NCBI GenBank assembly: GCA_030550535.1 | Contig: JAUQPF010000051.1 | Span: forward strand, 2,974 to 66,973 | Length of the DNA stretch: 64,000 bases | Reading direction: 5' to 3' | Source: Candidatus Bipolaricaulota bacterium | GTDB taxonomy: Bacteria; Bipolaricaulota; Bipolaricaulia; Bipolaricaulales; Bipolaricaulaceae | Shown: piece by piece, positions 23,774 to 32,534 of the stretch | Position numbering within the stretch: the stretch's first letter is position 1 | How the letters are laid out: every line of letters begins with the position of its first letter | Notes under the pieces: generated by a model | The model's input: the letters and a program-made list of their open reading frames with translations, nothing else | Told to the model about the DNA's origin: nothing | The model's database searches: none | Made by a program: the position numbers and the translations under genes

Positions 23774-25381
23774 ATGCCGACGTTGGCCAAGTACGTTTTC
23801 GTCACGGGCGGCGTGGTCTCCGGCTTGGGCAAGGGGGTGCTCACCGCCTCCTTGGGGTGCCTCCTGCGCAGCCGGGGGGTGCGCGTCACCCTCCAGAAGA
23901 TCGATCCCTACCTCAACGTGGATGCCGGCACCATGAACCCCTACGAGCACGGAGAGGTCTTCGTCACCAAGGACGGCCTGGAGACGGACCTCGACATTGG
24001 GCACTACGAGCGCTTCCTCCATGAGGATCTGAGCCGGGCCAACTACCTCACCACGGGGCAGGTGTACTGGGCCGTGATCCAAAGGGAACGCTGCGGTGAC
24101 TACCTGGGCCAGACCGTTCAGGTGATCCCCCATATCACCGAGGAGATCAAGGGCCGGATCAAAGGGGCCCTGGAGGCCACGGGAAGCGAGCTCGTGGTGG
24201 TGGAGGTGGGGGGCACGGTGGGCGACATCGAGGGCCTCCCGTACCTGGAGGCCATCCGGCAGCTCAGGGATGAGCTTCCCAGGGAGGACGTGGCCGTGGT
24301 GCACCTCGCCTACGTTCCCGTCCTCTCCACCACGGGAGAGCTTAAGACCAAGCCCACCCAGCACTCGGTGAAGGAGTTGCGGGCGGTGGGCATTCAGCCG
24401 GACTTCATCGTGGCCCGCTGTCCTACCCCGCTTCCTTTGGCCCTGCGCAAGAAAATCGCCCTCTTCTGCGACGTCCCTGTGGAGCACGTGATCGAGGACC
24501 GGGATCTGAGCTCCATCTACGAGGTACCCCTGGCCTTGGCCGCGGAGGATTTCGACCGAAAACTTCTGCATCGCCTGGGCCTATCCAGTGCCGCCTCCGA
24601 TCTCGCGGCCTGGGAGGACTTCGTCCGCCGCCTGCAGAACGCGGAGGAGACCCTTCGCATCGGGATCGTGGGGAAGTACGTGGAGCTCAGGGACGCCTAC
24701 CTCTCCATCGTGGAGGCCCTGCGGCACGCGGGCGCCGCCTTGGGGAAAAAGGTGGAGGTCGCCTGGATCCCTGCCCAAAAGGTGGAGGAGCAAGGGGAGA
24801 AGGCGCTTGCGGGCGTGCAAGGGATCCTCGTGCCCGGGGGCTTTGGCGAGCGCGGGATCGCCGGGAAGATCTTTGCCGCCGAGCATGCCCGGCGCACCGG
24901 ACTCCCGTACTTCGGCATCTGCTTGGGAATGCAGGTGGCGGTGATCGCTTTTGCCCGTGCGGTCCTGGGCTGGAGCGAGGCCAATTCCACGGAGTTCGAC
25001 CCGCGGACCCCCTATCCCGTGATCGACCTCCTTCCGGAGCAGGCTGGGGTGAAGGCCAAAGGCGGCACCATGCGCCTTGGGGAGTATCCCGCCAAGGTCC
25101 AGCCGGGCACGCGCCTGCGCGCCGCCTACGGGGAGGCGCAGATTGGCGAGCGCCATCGCCACCGCTACGAGTTCAACCCCCGGTATCTTGAGGAATTTGA
25201 ACGCGCCGGCCTTGTGCCTTGCGCCATCTCCCCGGACGAAAGGCTGGTGGAGGCGGTGGAGCTCCGGGATCACCCCTGGTACGTGGCCGTGCAGTTCCAT
25301 CCAGAGTTCCGTTCCCGCCCGCTGCGGCCGCATCCCCTGTTTTTGGCGTTCTTGCGGGCATGCGCCTCCTTCTCCTCCTGA
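23774..25381 (+). CDS. pyrG: CTP synthase
   Basis: ...AKYVFVTGGVVSGLGKG..., glutamine amidotransferase C-terminal domain (GICLGMQ). ATG 23774 lies inside a TAAAAT hexamer. In-frame TTG 23783 (giving MAKYVFVTGG) is an alternative start. Confidence 0.92.
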   Translation: MPTLAKYVFVTGGVVSGLGKGVLTASLGCLLRSRGVRVTLQKIDPYLNVDAGTMNPYEHGEVFVTKDGLETDLDIGHYERFLHEDLSRANYLTTGQVYWAVIQRERCGDYLGQTVQVIPHITEEIKGRIKGALEATGSELVVVEVGGTVGDIEGLPYLEAIRQLRDELPREDVAVVHLAYVPVLSTTGELKTKPTQHSVKELRAVGIQPDFIVARCPTPLPLALRKKIALFCDVPVEHVIEDRDLSSIYEVPLALAAEDFDRKLLHRLGLSSAASDLAAWEDFVRRLQNAEETLRIGIVGKYVELRDAYLSIVEALRHAGAALGKKVEVAWIPAQKVEEQGEKALAGVQGILVPGGFGERGIAGKIFAAEHARRTGLPYFGICLGMQVAVIAFARAVLGWSEANSTEFDPRTPYPVIDLLPEQAGVKAKGGTMRLGEYPAKVQPGTRLRAAYGEAQIGERHRHRYEFNPRYLEEFERAGLVPCAISPDERLVEAVELRDHPWYVAVQFHPEFRSRPLRPHPLFLAFLRACASFSS

Positions 25382-25965
25382 GCCTTTCCTTGGCGGCCTG
25401 GGCCCAGAGCTTGACCGTCGCGGCGCCCTGGCTTGTGGTCTACGACGCGGAAGGAAGACCGCGCTGGGAGATTCGCCTGGAGAAGCTTTGGCGCACAAAG
25501 GAGGGGTGGGAGGGCGAGGGCGTTTCGGTGACCCTGTTTTGGGCCGGCGAGCCAAGCTTTAAGGTGCAGGCGCAAGCGATCCGAGCGGAGGCCCTGGGCC
25601 GAAGCTGGACGCTTTCCGGGGAGATCGCGGGGGAGGGTTATGGTTTTTCCTTCACGGCGGAAGAAGCCTCCTGGAACGGCAAGCTCCGTCTCAAGCATTT
25701 TCGGGCTCAAGGCCATGGGCTTTCCCTCGTGGCCCAGGAGGCCCGCTGGGAGTTGGAAGGTCCTTTGGAGCTCTTCGCCGCCGAGGGGGAGGGGATGGGC
25801 TGGTCTTTACGTTTCCCCTACGGCCGCTTTGCGGAAGGGGTGCTCGTGGCCCAGGAGCCCGAGGCCGTGGGGCATGGCCTGCGCCTCCGTGCCGAGCTTC
25901 TGGAGCTTTGGGTGGACGAAGGGCGTTTGAAGTTCTGGAGGGTCCAGGTTGTCCGCGGTTCTTGA
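25360..25965 (+). CDS. hypothetical exported protein upstream of lptB (LptC/LptA-like by position only)
   Basis: ATG 25360. Signal MRLLLLLSLSLAAWAQ, about 200 aa, beta-rich. Overlaps the pyrG end and the lptB start. Function inferred only from neighbourhood. Confidence 0.5.
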   Translation: MRLLLLLSLSLAAWAQSLTVAAPWLVVYDAEGRPRWEIRLEKLWRTKEGWEGEGVSVTLFWAGEPSFKVQAQAIRAEALGRSWTLSGEIAGEGYGFSFTAEEASWNGKLRLKHFRAQGHGLSLVAQEARWELEGPLELFAAEGEGMGWSLRFPYGRFAEGVLVAQEPEAVGHGLRLRAELLELWVDEGRLKFWRVQVVRGS

Positions 25966-26665
25966 GGGTTTAAACCTGGTGAAGCGTTTTCGTCACATTC
26001 GCGCTGTGGACGAGCTCACCGTGCGCTTTCGCGCGGGCGAGGTCACCGGCCTTTTGGGGCCGAACGGCGCGGGGAAGACCACCACCCTCTACCTTCTGGC
26101 GGGCTTTCTGCGTCCAAACGCGGGGGAGGTCTTCCTTTCGGGAAAACGGATCACGGGGCTTCCCTTCCACGGTCGGGCGCGGCTGGGCATCCATTACCTT
26201 CCCCAGGAGCCCTCGGTTTTCCTGCGGACTACGGTGGCGGGGAACGTGCGGCTGGCCCTGGCCGGCTTGGGCCTGCGCTGGAATGGCCAAGTGGACAAAG
26301 TTTTGGAGGAATTGGGCCTGCGGAAACTTCTGCGGCGGCGCGTGGCGGAGCTCTCCGCGGGCGAACGCCGCAAGGTTGAGGTGGCCCGGGCCCTCGTCAC
26401 CCGCCCCCTCTTCCTCCTTTTGGACGAGCCGTTTTTGGGCGTGGATCCCCTAACCGTGCAGGAGCTTTCCCAACTTGTGCGGCAGCTCGCGCAAGCTGGA
26501 ATTGGGGTGGTCATTTGCGACCACAACGTGCGCGACACCCTGCGCCTTGTGGACCGGGCCTACCTCATTCAGGCGGGGAAGCTTGTGCTTGAGGGAACGC
26601 CGGCGGAGATCGTGGCCGATGCGCGCGCCCGCCAAAGCTACCTTGGGGAGAACTTCGTCTTATGA
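25949..26665 (+). CDS. lptB: LptB-type ABC transporter ATP-binding protein
   Basis: TTG start. GPNGAGKTT, LSAGERRKVEVARAL, LLLDEPFLGVDP (LptB-characteristic), about 238 aa. Confidence 0.8.
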   Translation: MSAVLEGLNLVKRFRHIRAVDELTVRFRAGEVTGLLGPNGAGKTTTLYLLAGFLRPNAGEVFLSGKRITGLPFHGRARLGIHYLPQEPSVFLRTTVAGNVRLALAGLGLRWNGQVDKVLEELGLRKLLRRRVAELSAGERRKVEVARALVTRPLFLLLDEPFLGVDPLTVQELSQLVRQLAQAGIGVVICDHNVRDTLRLVDRAYLIQAGKLVLEGTPAEIVADARARQSYLGENFVL

Positions 26666-27111
26666 GTGGCCTCCAGGGCCAAAAGCCTTTCCTTCCAGGC
26701 GAGGCCTGGGCCGAACCCCCCAAGCCCCCCTCGGGCCACCACCCGGTGGCAGGGAACAAGGATGGGGAGGGGGTTGTGGGCCAAGGCTTGCCCCACGGCC
26801 CGCGCGGCCTTAGGCCTTCCCAGCTGCGCGGCAAGCTCCCCATAGGTCACGGTTTCCCCATAGGGAATGCGCCGAAGTTCCTCCCAGACCTGGCGGAAGA
26901 AGGGCGGGCCCTCCCAGCGCACCGGCACGGAAAACCCCTCTATCCCTCCTTGGAAGTACGCGGAGAGCTCGGCGGCCAAAACCCCGAACACGGGGCTTTC
27001 CTGGAGCGGCCCTCCGGGCTCCTGGTTGGGGAAACGCAGGGCCACGATGGCCCCGCCCTCCTCCCAAGCATAAAAAACACCCCAGACCGTTGGGACCTTT
27101 CCCCAGGGCAC
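26638..27111 (-). CDS. ogt: methylated-DNA--protein-cysteine methyltransferase
   Basis: C-terminal IPYGETVTYGELA...NPLPILVPCHRVV active-site motif. Start set at GTG comp(27109-27111) because there is no in-frame ATG nearby. Start uncertain. Confidence 0.8.
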   Translation of the reverse strand: MPWGKVPTVWGVFYAWEEGGAIVALRFPNQEPGGPLQESPVFGVLAAELSAYFQGGIEGFSVPVRWEGPPFFRQVWEELRRIPYGETVTYGELAAQLGRPKAARAVGQALAHNPLPILVPCHRVVARGGLGGFGPGLAWKERLLALEATHKTKFSPR

Positions 27112-27144
27112 AGGTAAGCCTAGCCGCGCCTTTTTGCGCGTACA

Positions 27145-28473
27145 ATGCCAGCTGTGCGCGTCCTTGCGGTGAATTGGGATCTCACGGCTCAAGGATTCGT
27201 GGGGGATGAATTCGCTTCTGCCGAGTCCTTCGCCAGCTTCGACGCGGTCGTTTTGGATCCTGGCCCACTGCCCGAGCTTTGGCTTCCCTGGGCGGAGTTG
27301 ACCCCGGATGGAACGCCCGTGGTCCGTCCTGGTCGGGATTTCGGGTTGGCCCGCGCCCTCCTCAACCTTTTTCTTGCCCGCCAAAAGGAGCTGGAGGACC
27401 TCCTTTTCCGGGGCGGGGGGATCCTGGTGGTGCGGGTGCGGCCCGCCGGCGAAGAGCTCCTCCTCCAAGGGGATCCGCCTCGCAGACTCGATCGCTATGC
27501 CTTCCTCCCCCGCGCCTCTCTGGTGCGCGGCTCCCATCATCTTTCCTTGCCCCAGGGGTTACGTTTTTTGCCCCGGCGTGGAAAGGACGTGCAGGTCATC
27601 GCTTCCCTCCATCCCTTGGCCCCCTTTCTTCAGCGCTACGCTTCCCACGGGTATGAGGCCGTCCTGACCACAGCGCTTGGGGCCCCCCTTTCCGCGTTCG
27701 GGGAGGTCCTCGCCCAAAACCGCGTGGGCGACCCTTTGGCCCTGGACCTGCCCGTGGGGCTTGGCCGCATCCTTTTCGTGCCCGCCTTTCCGGAGGCCGA
27801 GGGGGCGGAGGCCGGAGGGCTTTTGCGCCAAGCCCTGGCGGCTCTTCTTTCCCGTCCGCTTCCTGAGGTCGCGCCCGATTGGCTTCCGAACTACCGCTTG
27901 CCCGGCGAGGAGGAGCTGCAAAAAGCTCAGGAGGAACTGGCTAAAGAAAAGGAGCGGCTTGCGCGAAGGGAGGAGGAGCTGGCCCAGGTGCAAAGGGAGT
28001 TCGATCTTTTGCGCGCTCTGCTCTTCCCGCGGGGGAGGGAGGGGCTGAGCCAGGCCGCGGGCGCGGCCTTCGCGAAGCTCGGTTTTTCTGTGGAGCCAGG
28101 CTCTTCCCCCGTTCATCTCCTTTTGAAGGGCCCGGAGGGGGAGTTCTTGGTGCGCGTGGCCCTGGCGCCCTTTGGGCCCGTGGGGCCCGAGGAGCATCGG
28201 GCCTTGCTTTTGGAGCTCGATAGATTGAGGAACGAGGAACGGAGGGAGGTGCGCGGCCTTCTTCTGTGTCTCGCGGAGCCCGAACGCGATCCGCGCCGTC
28301 GCGGTCCGCAATGGACGGAGGCCGTGGAAAGGGCCAGCCGCGATCACCGCTTCGTCTTGGTGGCGGCGTACGACCTTTTTCGGGCGGCGGCCCAGGCTTT
28401 GGCCGGTGCCGATCCTAACAAAATCCGACGGGAACTTTTCGAAACGGAGGGACCGTGGAGGCCCAGGTTCTGA
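27145..28473 (+). CDS. uncharacterised 442-aa cytoplasmic protein (N-terminal alpha/beta domain, coiled coil, C-terminal endonuclease-like fold?)
   Basis: Good coding character. Central EEELQKAQEELAKEKERLARREEELAQVQREFDLLRAL. C-terminus ...AFAKLGFSVEPGSSPVHLLLKGPEGEFLVRVALAP... No family recognised. Possible real start GTG 27154. The 3' end overlaps the mraY start. Confidence 0.75.
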   Translation: MPAVRVLAVNWDLTAQGFVGDEFASAESFASFDAVVLDPGPLPELWLPWAELTPDGTPVVRPGRDFGLARALLNLFLARQKELEDLLFRGGGILVVRVRPAGEELLLQGDPPRRLDRYAFLPRASLVRGSHHLSLPQGLRFLPRRGKDVQVIASLHPLAPFLQRYASHGYEAVLTTALGAPLSAFGEVLAQNRVGDPLALDLPVGLGRILFVPAFPEAEGAEAGGLLRQALAALLSRPLPEVAPDWLPNYRLPGEEELQKAQEELAKEKERLARREEELAQVQREFDLLRALLFPRGREGLSQAAGAAFAKLGFSVEPGSSPVHLLLKGPEGEFLVRVALAPFGPVGPEEHRALLLELDRLRNEERREVRGLLLCLAEPERDPRRRGPQWTEAVERASRDHRFVLVAAYDLFRAAAQALAGADPNKIRRELFETEGPWRPRF

Positions 28474-29444
28474 AGCTCGGCTTGGTCCTTGGTCTCCTTT
28501 TCCTGCCCATCAGCGCCTGGGCCAGCCCGCGCGTAGCCCAGCGGATCCGGGCCCGCCAACACATCCGCCCCGAAGGGCCCTCCACCCACGGGAAGAAGGC
28601 GGGAACCCCCACCATGGGCGGACTCGTCCCCCTTCTTTTGGTGCTGACTGGGGCCGGCGTCCTTTGGGGCCTCCGCGGGCCGGACGGGCCTAGCCTGTTC
28701 GCCTTGGTCGCCATGCTCCTTGGAGGCCTGATTGGGCTTCTTGACGATCTGCGTTCCCAAAGGGGGCGGCGCTCCACCGGCTTTTTTCCCCATCAGACCC
28801 TGGCTGCTCAGCTTGGCGCCTCCGTGCCGCTCATCTTCCTGGCGGCGCAGCTTCCTCAAGAGGTGCGCCTGCCCTTTACCTCGCTTGTCGTGGGCTTGCC
28901 GAAAGGGGTTTGGGTGCCCCTTTTGATCCTGGGCTTCATGGGCACGGTGAACGGGGTGAACCTTGCGGACGGACTCGATGGCCTGGCCACCGGCCTTTTT
29001 CTCCTCGCCCTCCTGGGTCTGTTTCCGCTTCTTTGGCGGACGGCGAGCCTTGCGGCCTTGGGGTTCCTGGCGTTCGGTGTTGGGCTGGGTTTCCTTTGGG
29101 TCAACGCTCATCCTGCCCGCGTCTTTTTAGGGAACGTGGGCTCCATGGGACTAGGCGGACTCCTCTTCGGCCTGGCTTGGAGCTCCGGCGGCGTCCTCTT
29201 CCTCCCCCTTGTGGGCGGCGTGTTCGTGCTGGAGGGGCTCTCCGATATCTTGCAGGTCGGAAGCTATAAACTTACGGGCGTGCGCCTTTTTAAGATGAGC
29301 CCGTTCCACCATCACCTGGAGGACGTGCCCGTGTCCTGGCCCCATCGCCTGCGCGGCCCCAACTGGCCGGAGCCCAAGGTGGTGGTGCGCCTTTGGGTGG
29401 CCGGTGCGTTCTGCGCCCTTTTGGGAATCCTTGCGCTCCTTTAG
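28455..29444 (+). CDS. mraY: phospho-N-acetylmuramoyl-pentapeptide transferase
   Basis: GTG start after GGAGGGA. ...IRPEGPSTHGKKAGTPTMGG..., NGVNLADGLDGLA, FLGNVGSMGLGG, MSPFHHHLE. Confidence 0.92.
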   Translation: MEAQVLKLGLVLGLLFLPISAWASPRVAQRIRARQHIRPEGPSTHGKKAGTPTMGGLVPLLLVLTGAGVLWGLRGPDGPSLFALVAMLLGGLIGLLDDLRSQRGRRSTGFFPHQTLAAQLGASVPLIFLAAQLPQEVRLPFTSLVVGLPKGVWVPLLILGFMGTVNGVNLADGLDGLATGLFLLALLGLFPLLWRTASLAALGFLAFGVGLGFLWVNAHPARVFLGNVGSMGLGGLLFGLAWSSGGVLFLPLVGGVFVLEGLSDILQVGSYKLTGVRLFKMSPFHHHLEDVPVSWPHRLRGPNWPEPKVVVRLWVAGAFCALLGILALL

Positions 29445-29764
29445 GGCCAAATCTCTTTCCCTGTGCGCACGGCTTCCCGCACCACGGTGATCTTCTCCGC
29501 CCGCTCCGCGAACTCTTTGGGCGTGAGCGGGATCGGCTCGAGCCCCACCTCCAGCTCCCAAAGCTCCAGGATGCGGCGCACGCGTTCCGGGTAGGGCAGC
29601 CCTTGAAACGCGGGGGAAACGAGGATTAGATCGTAATCAGAGTGCAGAAGCTCCTCGCGGCGAGCCCGGGAGCCAAAGAGGAAAGCTCGTTCCAAGGGAA
29701 AAACCGCGTGCACGCGCCAAAGGAAGTTTTTCAGCCCTTCCCAGTCAACGCCGAGGTGGCCCAT
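29441..29764 (-). CDS. minimal nucleotidyltransferase (MNT), antitoxin-type partner of HEPN
   Basis: ...AFLFGSRARREELLHSDYDLILV... (GSxxxG..SDxDL pol-beta NTase motif), 107 aa. Overlaps the HEPN gene end by 34 nt. Confidence 0.8.
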   Translation of the reverse strand: MGHLGVDWEGLKNFLWRVHAVFPLERAFLFGSRARREELLHSDYDLILVSPAFQGLPYPERVRRILELWELEVGLEPIPLTPKEFAERAEKITVVREAVRTGKEIWP

Positions 29765-30120
29765 GTTCGCACCTCTTGAGCCACGGAAAGAAGGCTTTCC
29801 GCTTTGCGTCGATCGTAGTTTTCCGCGGGTACCCCATTGGCCGCGTCGGGATACCGCGAGGCCACGTATTCCGGGTTCAAAACGCGCAGGGCGTGCATGA
29901 CCTCCTCAGGCGCACCCAAAAGCTTCCCCAGCTCCACGAGGTTGTGGGTCTTGGGAGGAAGCTCACGTTTGGTCTCGATGTACACGGCTTTGAGCCACTT
30001 TTCCGCAGCTTGGTGGCAGAGGAAAGCCGCGGCGAAGAAGACCCCGGCCTCCCACATCCTGCGGGCGGCCTCGAGGTCGTGCTCCCCTTGGGTCCACCAG
30101 GCCTGAGCTTCCGGGCGCAT
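29731..30120 (-). CDS. HEPN-domain protein (toxin-type partner of MNT)
   Basis: 129 aa, all-helical. ...LCHQAAEKWLKAVY..., an R-x6-H motif (RELPPKTH), ...YVASRYPD... typical of HEPN of HEPN/MNT pairs. The ATG overlaps the upstream stop (TAATG). Confidence 0.8.
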   Translation of the reverse strand: MRPEAQAWWTQGEHDLEAARRMWEAGVFFAAAFLCHQAAEKWLKAVYIETKRELPPKTHNLVELGKLLGAPEEVMHALRVLNPEYVASRYPDAANGVPAENYDRRKAESLLSVAQEVRTWATSALTGKG

Positions 30121-31139
30121 TAGAGCTCCTTAAGCCGGCGTTTCAGTTCCTGAATGGGGCGCACCGGCGTAGGATCGACCCCGTTGAGGAGCGCCAAATA
30201 GAAGCTCACCCAGTCGCCAAAATACAGGAGCCAAAGGGCTTGGGAAAGGGCATCCTCACCCTCCCCCCACACCTCAAAAAAGGCCAGGCCACGGGAGGAG
30301 AGCACCTCCTTGAGAATTTCCACGCGTTTGGCGACACGGGGATGATCGAAGGAGGTGCGGAGGAAGATTACAATTCCCTGCGCAAACACTTTTGTTGCGA
30401 GCTCATAGCCCACGATCTCGTTGTGGCAAAGCTCGGGAAGCTCCGCCCAGTACGCGGGCTGTTTGGCGTTTTCGTTGATCTGGGTTTTCCAGCGGTAGGC
30501 CACGGGTCCCGTGATGCCCGCCCCGTAGATCACCGGGACTTTTTGGAACAGGGCCTGGGCGAGGGTCTGCGCCGCGTTTTCGTTGTGATCAGGCAAGCAG
30601 GCCTCCCGAAGCCTGCGGAGAAGCGGGGCGACGGCAAAGGGATTTCCCTGAAGGTGGCCCAAGCGGGAAAAGCAGCCCAAAAGGGGGAAGAGGAGGAAGG
30701 CCAGGGCCGCGCGGGGTTGGAACCCCGGGGGCACGGGCACCCACGGGATTTCCCACTCCTCGCAAAGGGCGGCGAGGGCCCCGCCGGTGGTGAGGGCCAC
30801 GGCCCGTCGGGTGCGTCGGAGGCCCTCCCGAAAAGCGCTCAGGGTCTCCTCGGTTTCCCCGGAGTAGGAGATGGCGACAAGCAGGGTGTCCGCGTTCACC
30901 CAGCCTGGGAGCGCGTAATCCCGTACGGTCACCACGGGAACGGTGGCGAAGCGAGCCAGAAGATCGCCGGCGATGGCCGATCCCCCCATGCCCAGGACCA
31001 CGGCGTTTTTGAAGCCCTGAACGCTGTTGGGAACCCGACAAGCCAGTCCGAGGGCCCGCTCGATCTGTTCAGGAAAATCTCGGAGGGCCCAAAGCATCTT
31101 GCCCTCGTCCAAAGCCAAGAGATCTTGCCAGTTGAGCAT
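30120..31139 (-). CDS. bifunctional phosphoglucose/phosphomannose isomerase (SIS domain)
   Basis: ...VVLGMGGSAIAGDLL..., ...VAISYSGETEETL..., about 339 aa archaeal/bacterial PGI-PMI family layout. Confidence 0.8.
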   Translation of the reverse strand: MLNWQDLLALDEGKMLWALRDFPEQIERALGLACRVPNSVQGFKNAVVLGMGGSAIAGDLLARFATVPVVTVRDYALPGWVNADTLLVAISYSGETEETLSAFREGLRRTRRAVALTTGGALAALCEEWEIPWVPVPPGFQPRAALAFLLFPLLGCFSRLGHLQGNPFAVAPLLRRLREACLPDHNENAAQTLAQALFQKVPVIYGAGITGPVAYRWKTQINENAKQPAYWAELPELCHNEIVGYELATKVFAQGIVIFLRTSFDHPRVAKRVEILKEVLSSRGLAFFEVWGEGEDALSQALWLLYFGDWVSFYLALLNGVDPTPVRPIQELKRRLKEL

Positions 31140-31156
31140 GTTCGAAGTTTACTCCT

Positions 31157-31942
31157 TCAGCCTGGGTTTTGGGCCACCGCTACACACCGTCGCGACTCGA
31201 GGCCCAAGGGCCCCATATCAAGTCCGCCGTACGCCGCACAATATTTCCAACCCGCTTCCTGAAGCATATGGATGAGCTCGTGCAGGGCGTAAGCACGGAG
31301 GTTCATCGTGGCCATCCCGGCATAGCGCCAGCCCTCTCCCTCGGGCAGGAAGAAAAACCAGCGGGAGGAAATGCGAGAAGTGACAAGGTCGAAGGAGATT
31401 TCCTGTACGATCATGTGGCTTTTGGTCATGCCAACGTGGATTGGCTGGAAAGACCGGATGATTCGGTCGCGGGGAAACGGATCGAGGACGAAAACCCCAC
31501 CTGGGCGTAAAAGCTCCCGCACTGAGGTGAAGAACTTTTGGTCCTCTTCCTCGCTGTAGTAGCCGACGAAGGAGGAGAACAGGCAAAGGGCCGCGTCAAA
31601 ACCCTTGTGCGGGAAGTTTTGAAGCTGTCGAGCGTCCCAAAGCACGAAAGCCGCTCGATCTTGCACGTCGGCCTCTTTGGCCAAGATTTGCGCTCTTTCC
31701 AAGAATCTTAGGGAGAAGTCCACGCCCACGACGTTATAACCGCGTTTGGCCAAGGCCACGCTGTGCCGACCGATGCCGCAGCACAGGTCGATGATCCTGG
31801 CGGCTGCGGGGACACCGTGCGTGGCGAGGAGTTTGACGAGGTGATCTGCTTCCGCTTCGGCCTGCGCAAGCCGCTCCTCCAGCTGCAGAAGGTATAAATC
31901 CGCTTTTTCCACGAAGAGCTCGTGCGGCCAATCTTCCGTCAT
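31157..31942 (-). CDS. class I SAM-dependent methyltransferase
   Basis: ATG comp(31940-31942). Motif I IIDLCCGIGRHSVALAKRGYNVVGVDFS. Post-I/II motifs ...DAALCLFSSF..., ...LRPGGVFVLD. Confidence 0.8.
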   Translation of the reverse strand: MTEDWPHELFVEKADLYLLQLEERLAQAEAEADHLVKLLATHGVPAAARIIDLCCGIGRHSVALAKRGYNVVGVDFSLRFLERAQILAKEADVQDRAAFVLWDARQLQNFPHKGFDAALCLFSSFVGYYSEEEDQKFFTSVRELLRPGGVFVLDPFPRDRIIRSFQPIHVGMTKSHMIVQEISFDLVTSRISSRWFFFLPEGEGWRYAGMATMNLRAYALHELIHMLQEAGWKYCAAYGGLDMGPLGLESRRCVAVAQNPG

Positions 31943-31964
31943 TTCGCACCCCCCTATGCTTATG

Positions 31965-32534
31965 CTAAATCCCTGGGTTTGAGAAGGGGAGCTCGGTGGG
32001 CGGGAGTTTCTCCGCAAGCTCGGGCTTGAGGATCACCCAAGGTTTTGGGGCGAGCACGATGGCCCCGGGCGGCACGTCGTCCCGCACCACCGCGCCAGCG
32101 CCGATGCGCGCGTTCTTGCCCACCCGAATCGGCCCAAGAAGCACGGCGTTCGCCCCGATCACCACCCCCGCCTCCACCGTGGGATGCCGCTTCTTCTTTT
32201 CCGTGGAAACGCCGCCGAGCACCACTCCAGAATAGATATGCACGTCGTCGCCGATCTCCGCGGTCTCCCCAATCACCACGCCCATCCCGTGGTCAATGGT
32301 CACTCGTCTCCCCAGCTTCGCTCCGGGATGGATCTCCACGCCCGTAAGGAGGCGCACGAGGTGGGCGAGTAAACGGGCAAGAAAACGCAAACGGTGTTGC
32401 CAAAGCCAGTGGTTGAGGCGGTGGGCCCAGATCGCCTGCATCCCAGGGTAAAAGAGGAGGACCTCGAGGGCATTACGGGCCGCGGGATCCCGGGCAAGGA
32501 CCGCACGGATGTCCTCACGAATTCCCCGAAACAT
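31965..32534 (-). CDS. cysE: serine O-acetyltransferase
   Basis: [19 protein letters not shown]..., hexapeptide repeats ...[29 protein letters not shown]... ATG comp 32534 has GGAGGA upstream. The ORF-track TTG 32546 is less likely. Confidence 0.9.
   Translation of the reverse strand: MFRGIREDIRAVLARDPAARNALEVLLFYPGMQAIWAHRLNHWLWQHRLRFLARLLAHLVRLLTGVEIHPGAKLGRRVTIDHGMGVVIGETAEIGDDVHIYSGVVLGGVSTEKKKRHPTVEAGVVIGANAVLLGPIRVGKNARIGAGAVVRDDVPPGAIVLAPKPWVILKPELAEKLPPTELPFSNPGI

Noticed and set aside
27145-28473. The 442-aa gene upstream of mraY as a divergent murF (similar length and position).
   Set aside because: It has no Mur ligase P-loop (GTNGKT-type) or other Mur ligase motifs, and a central coiled coil is incompatible with that fold.
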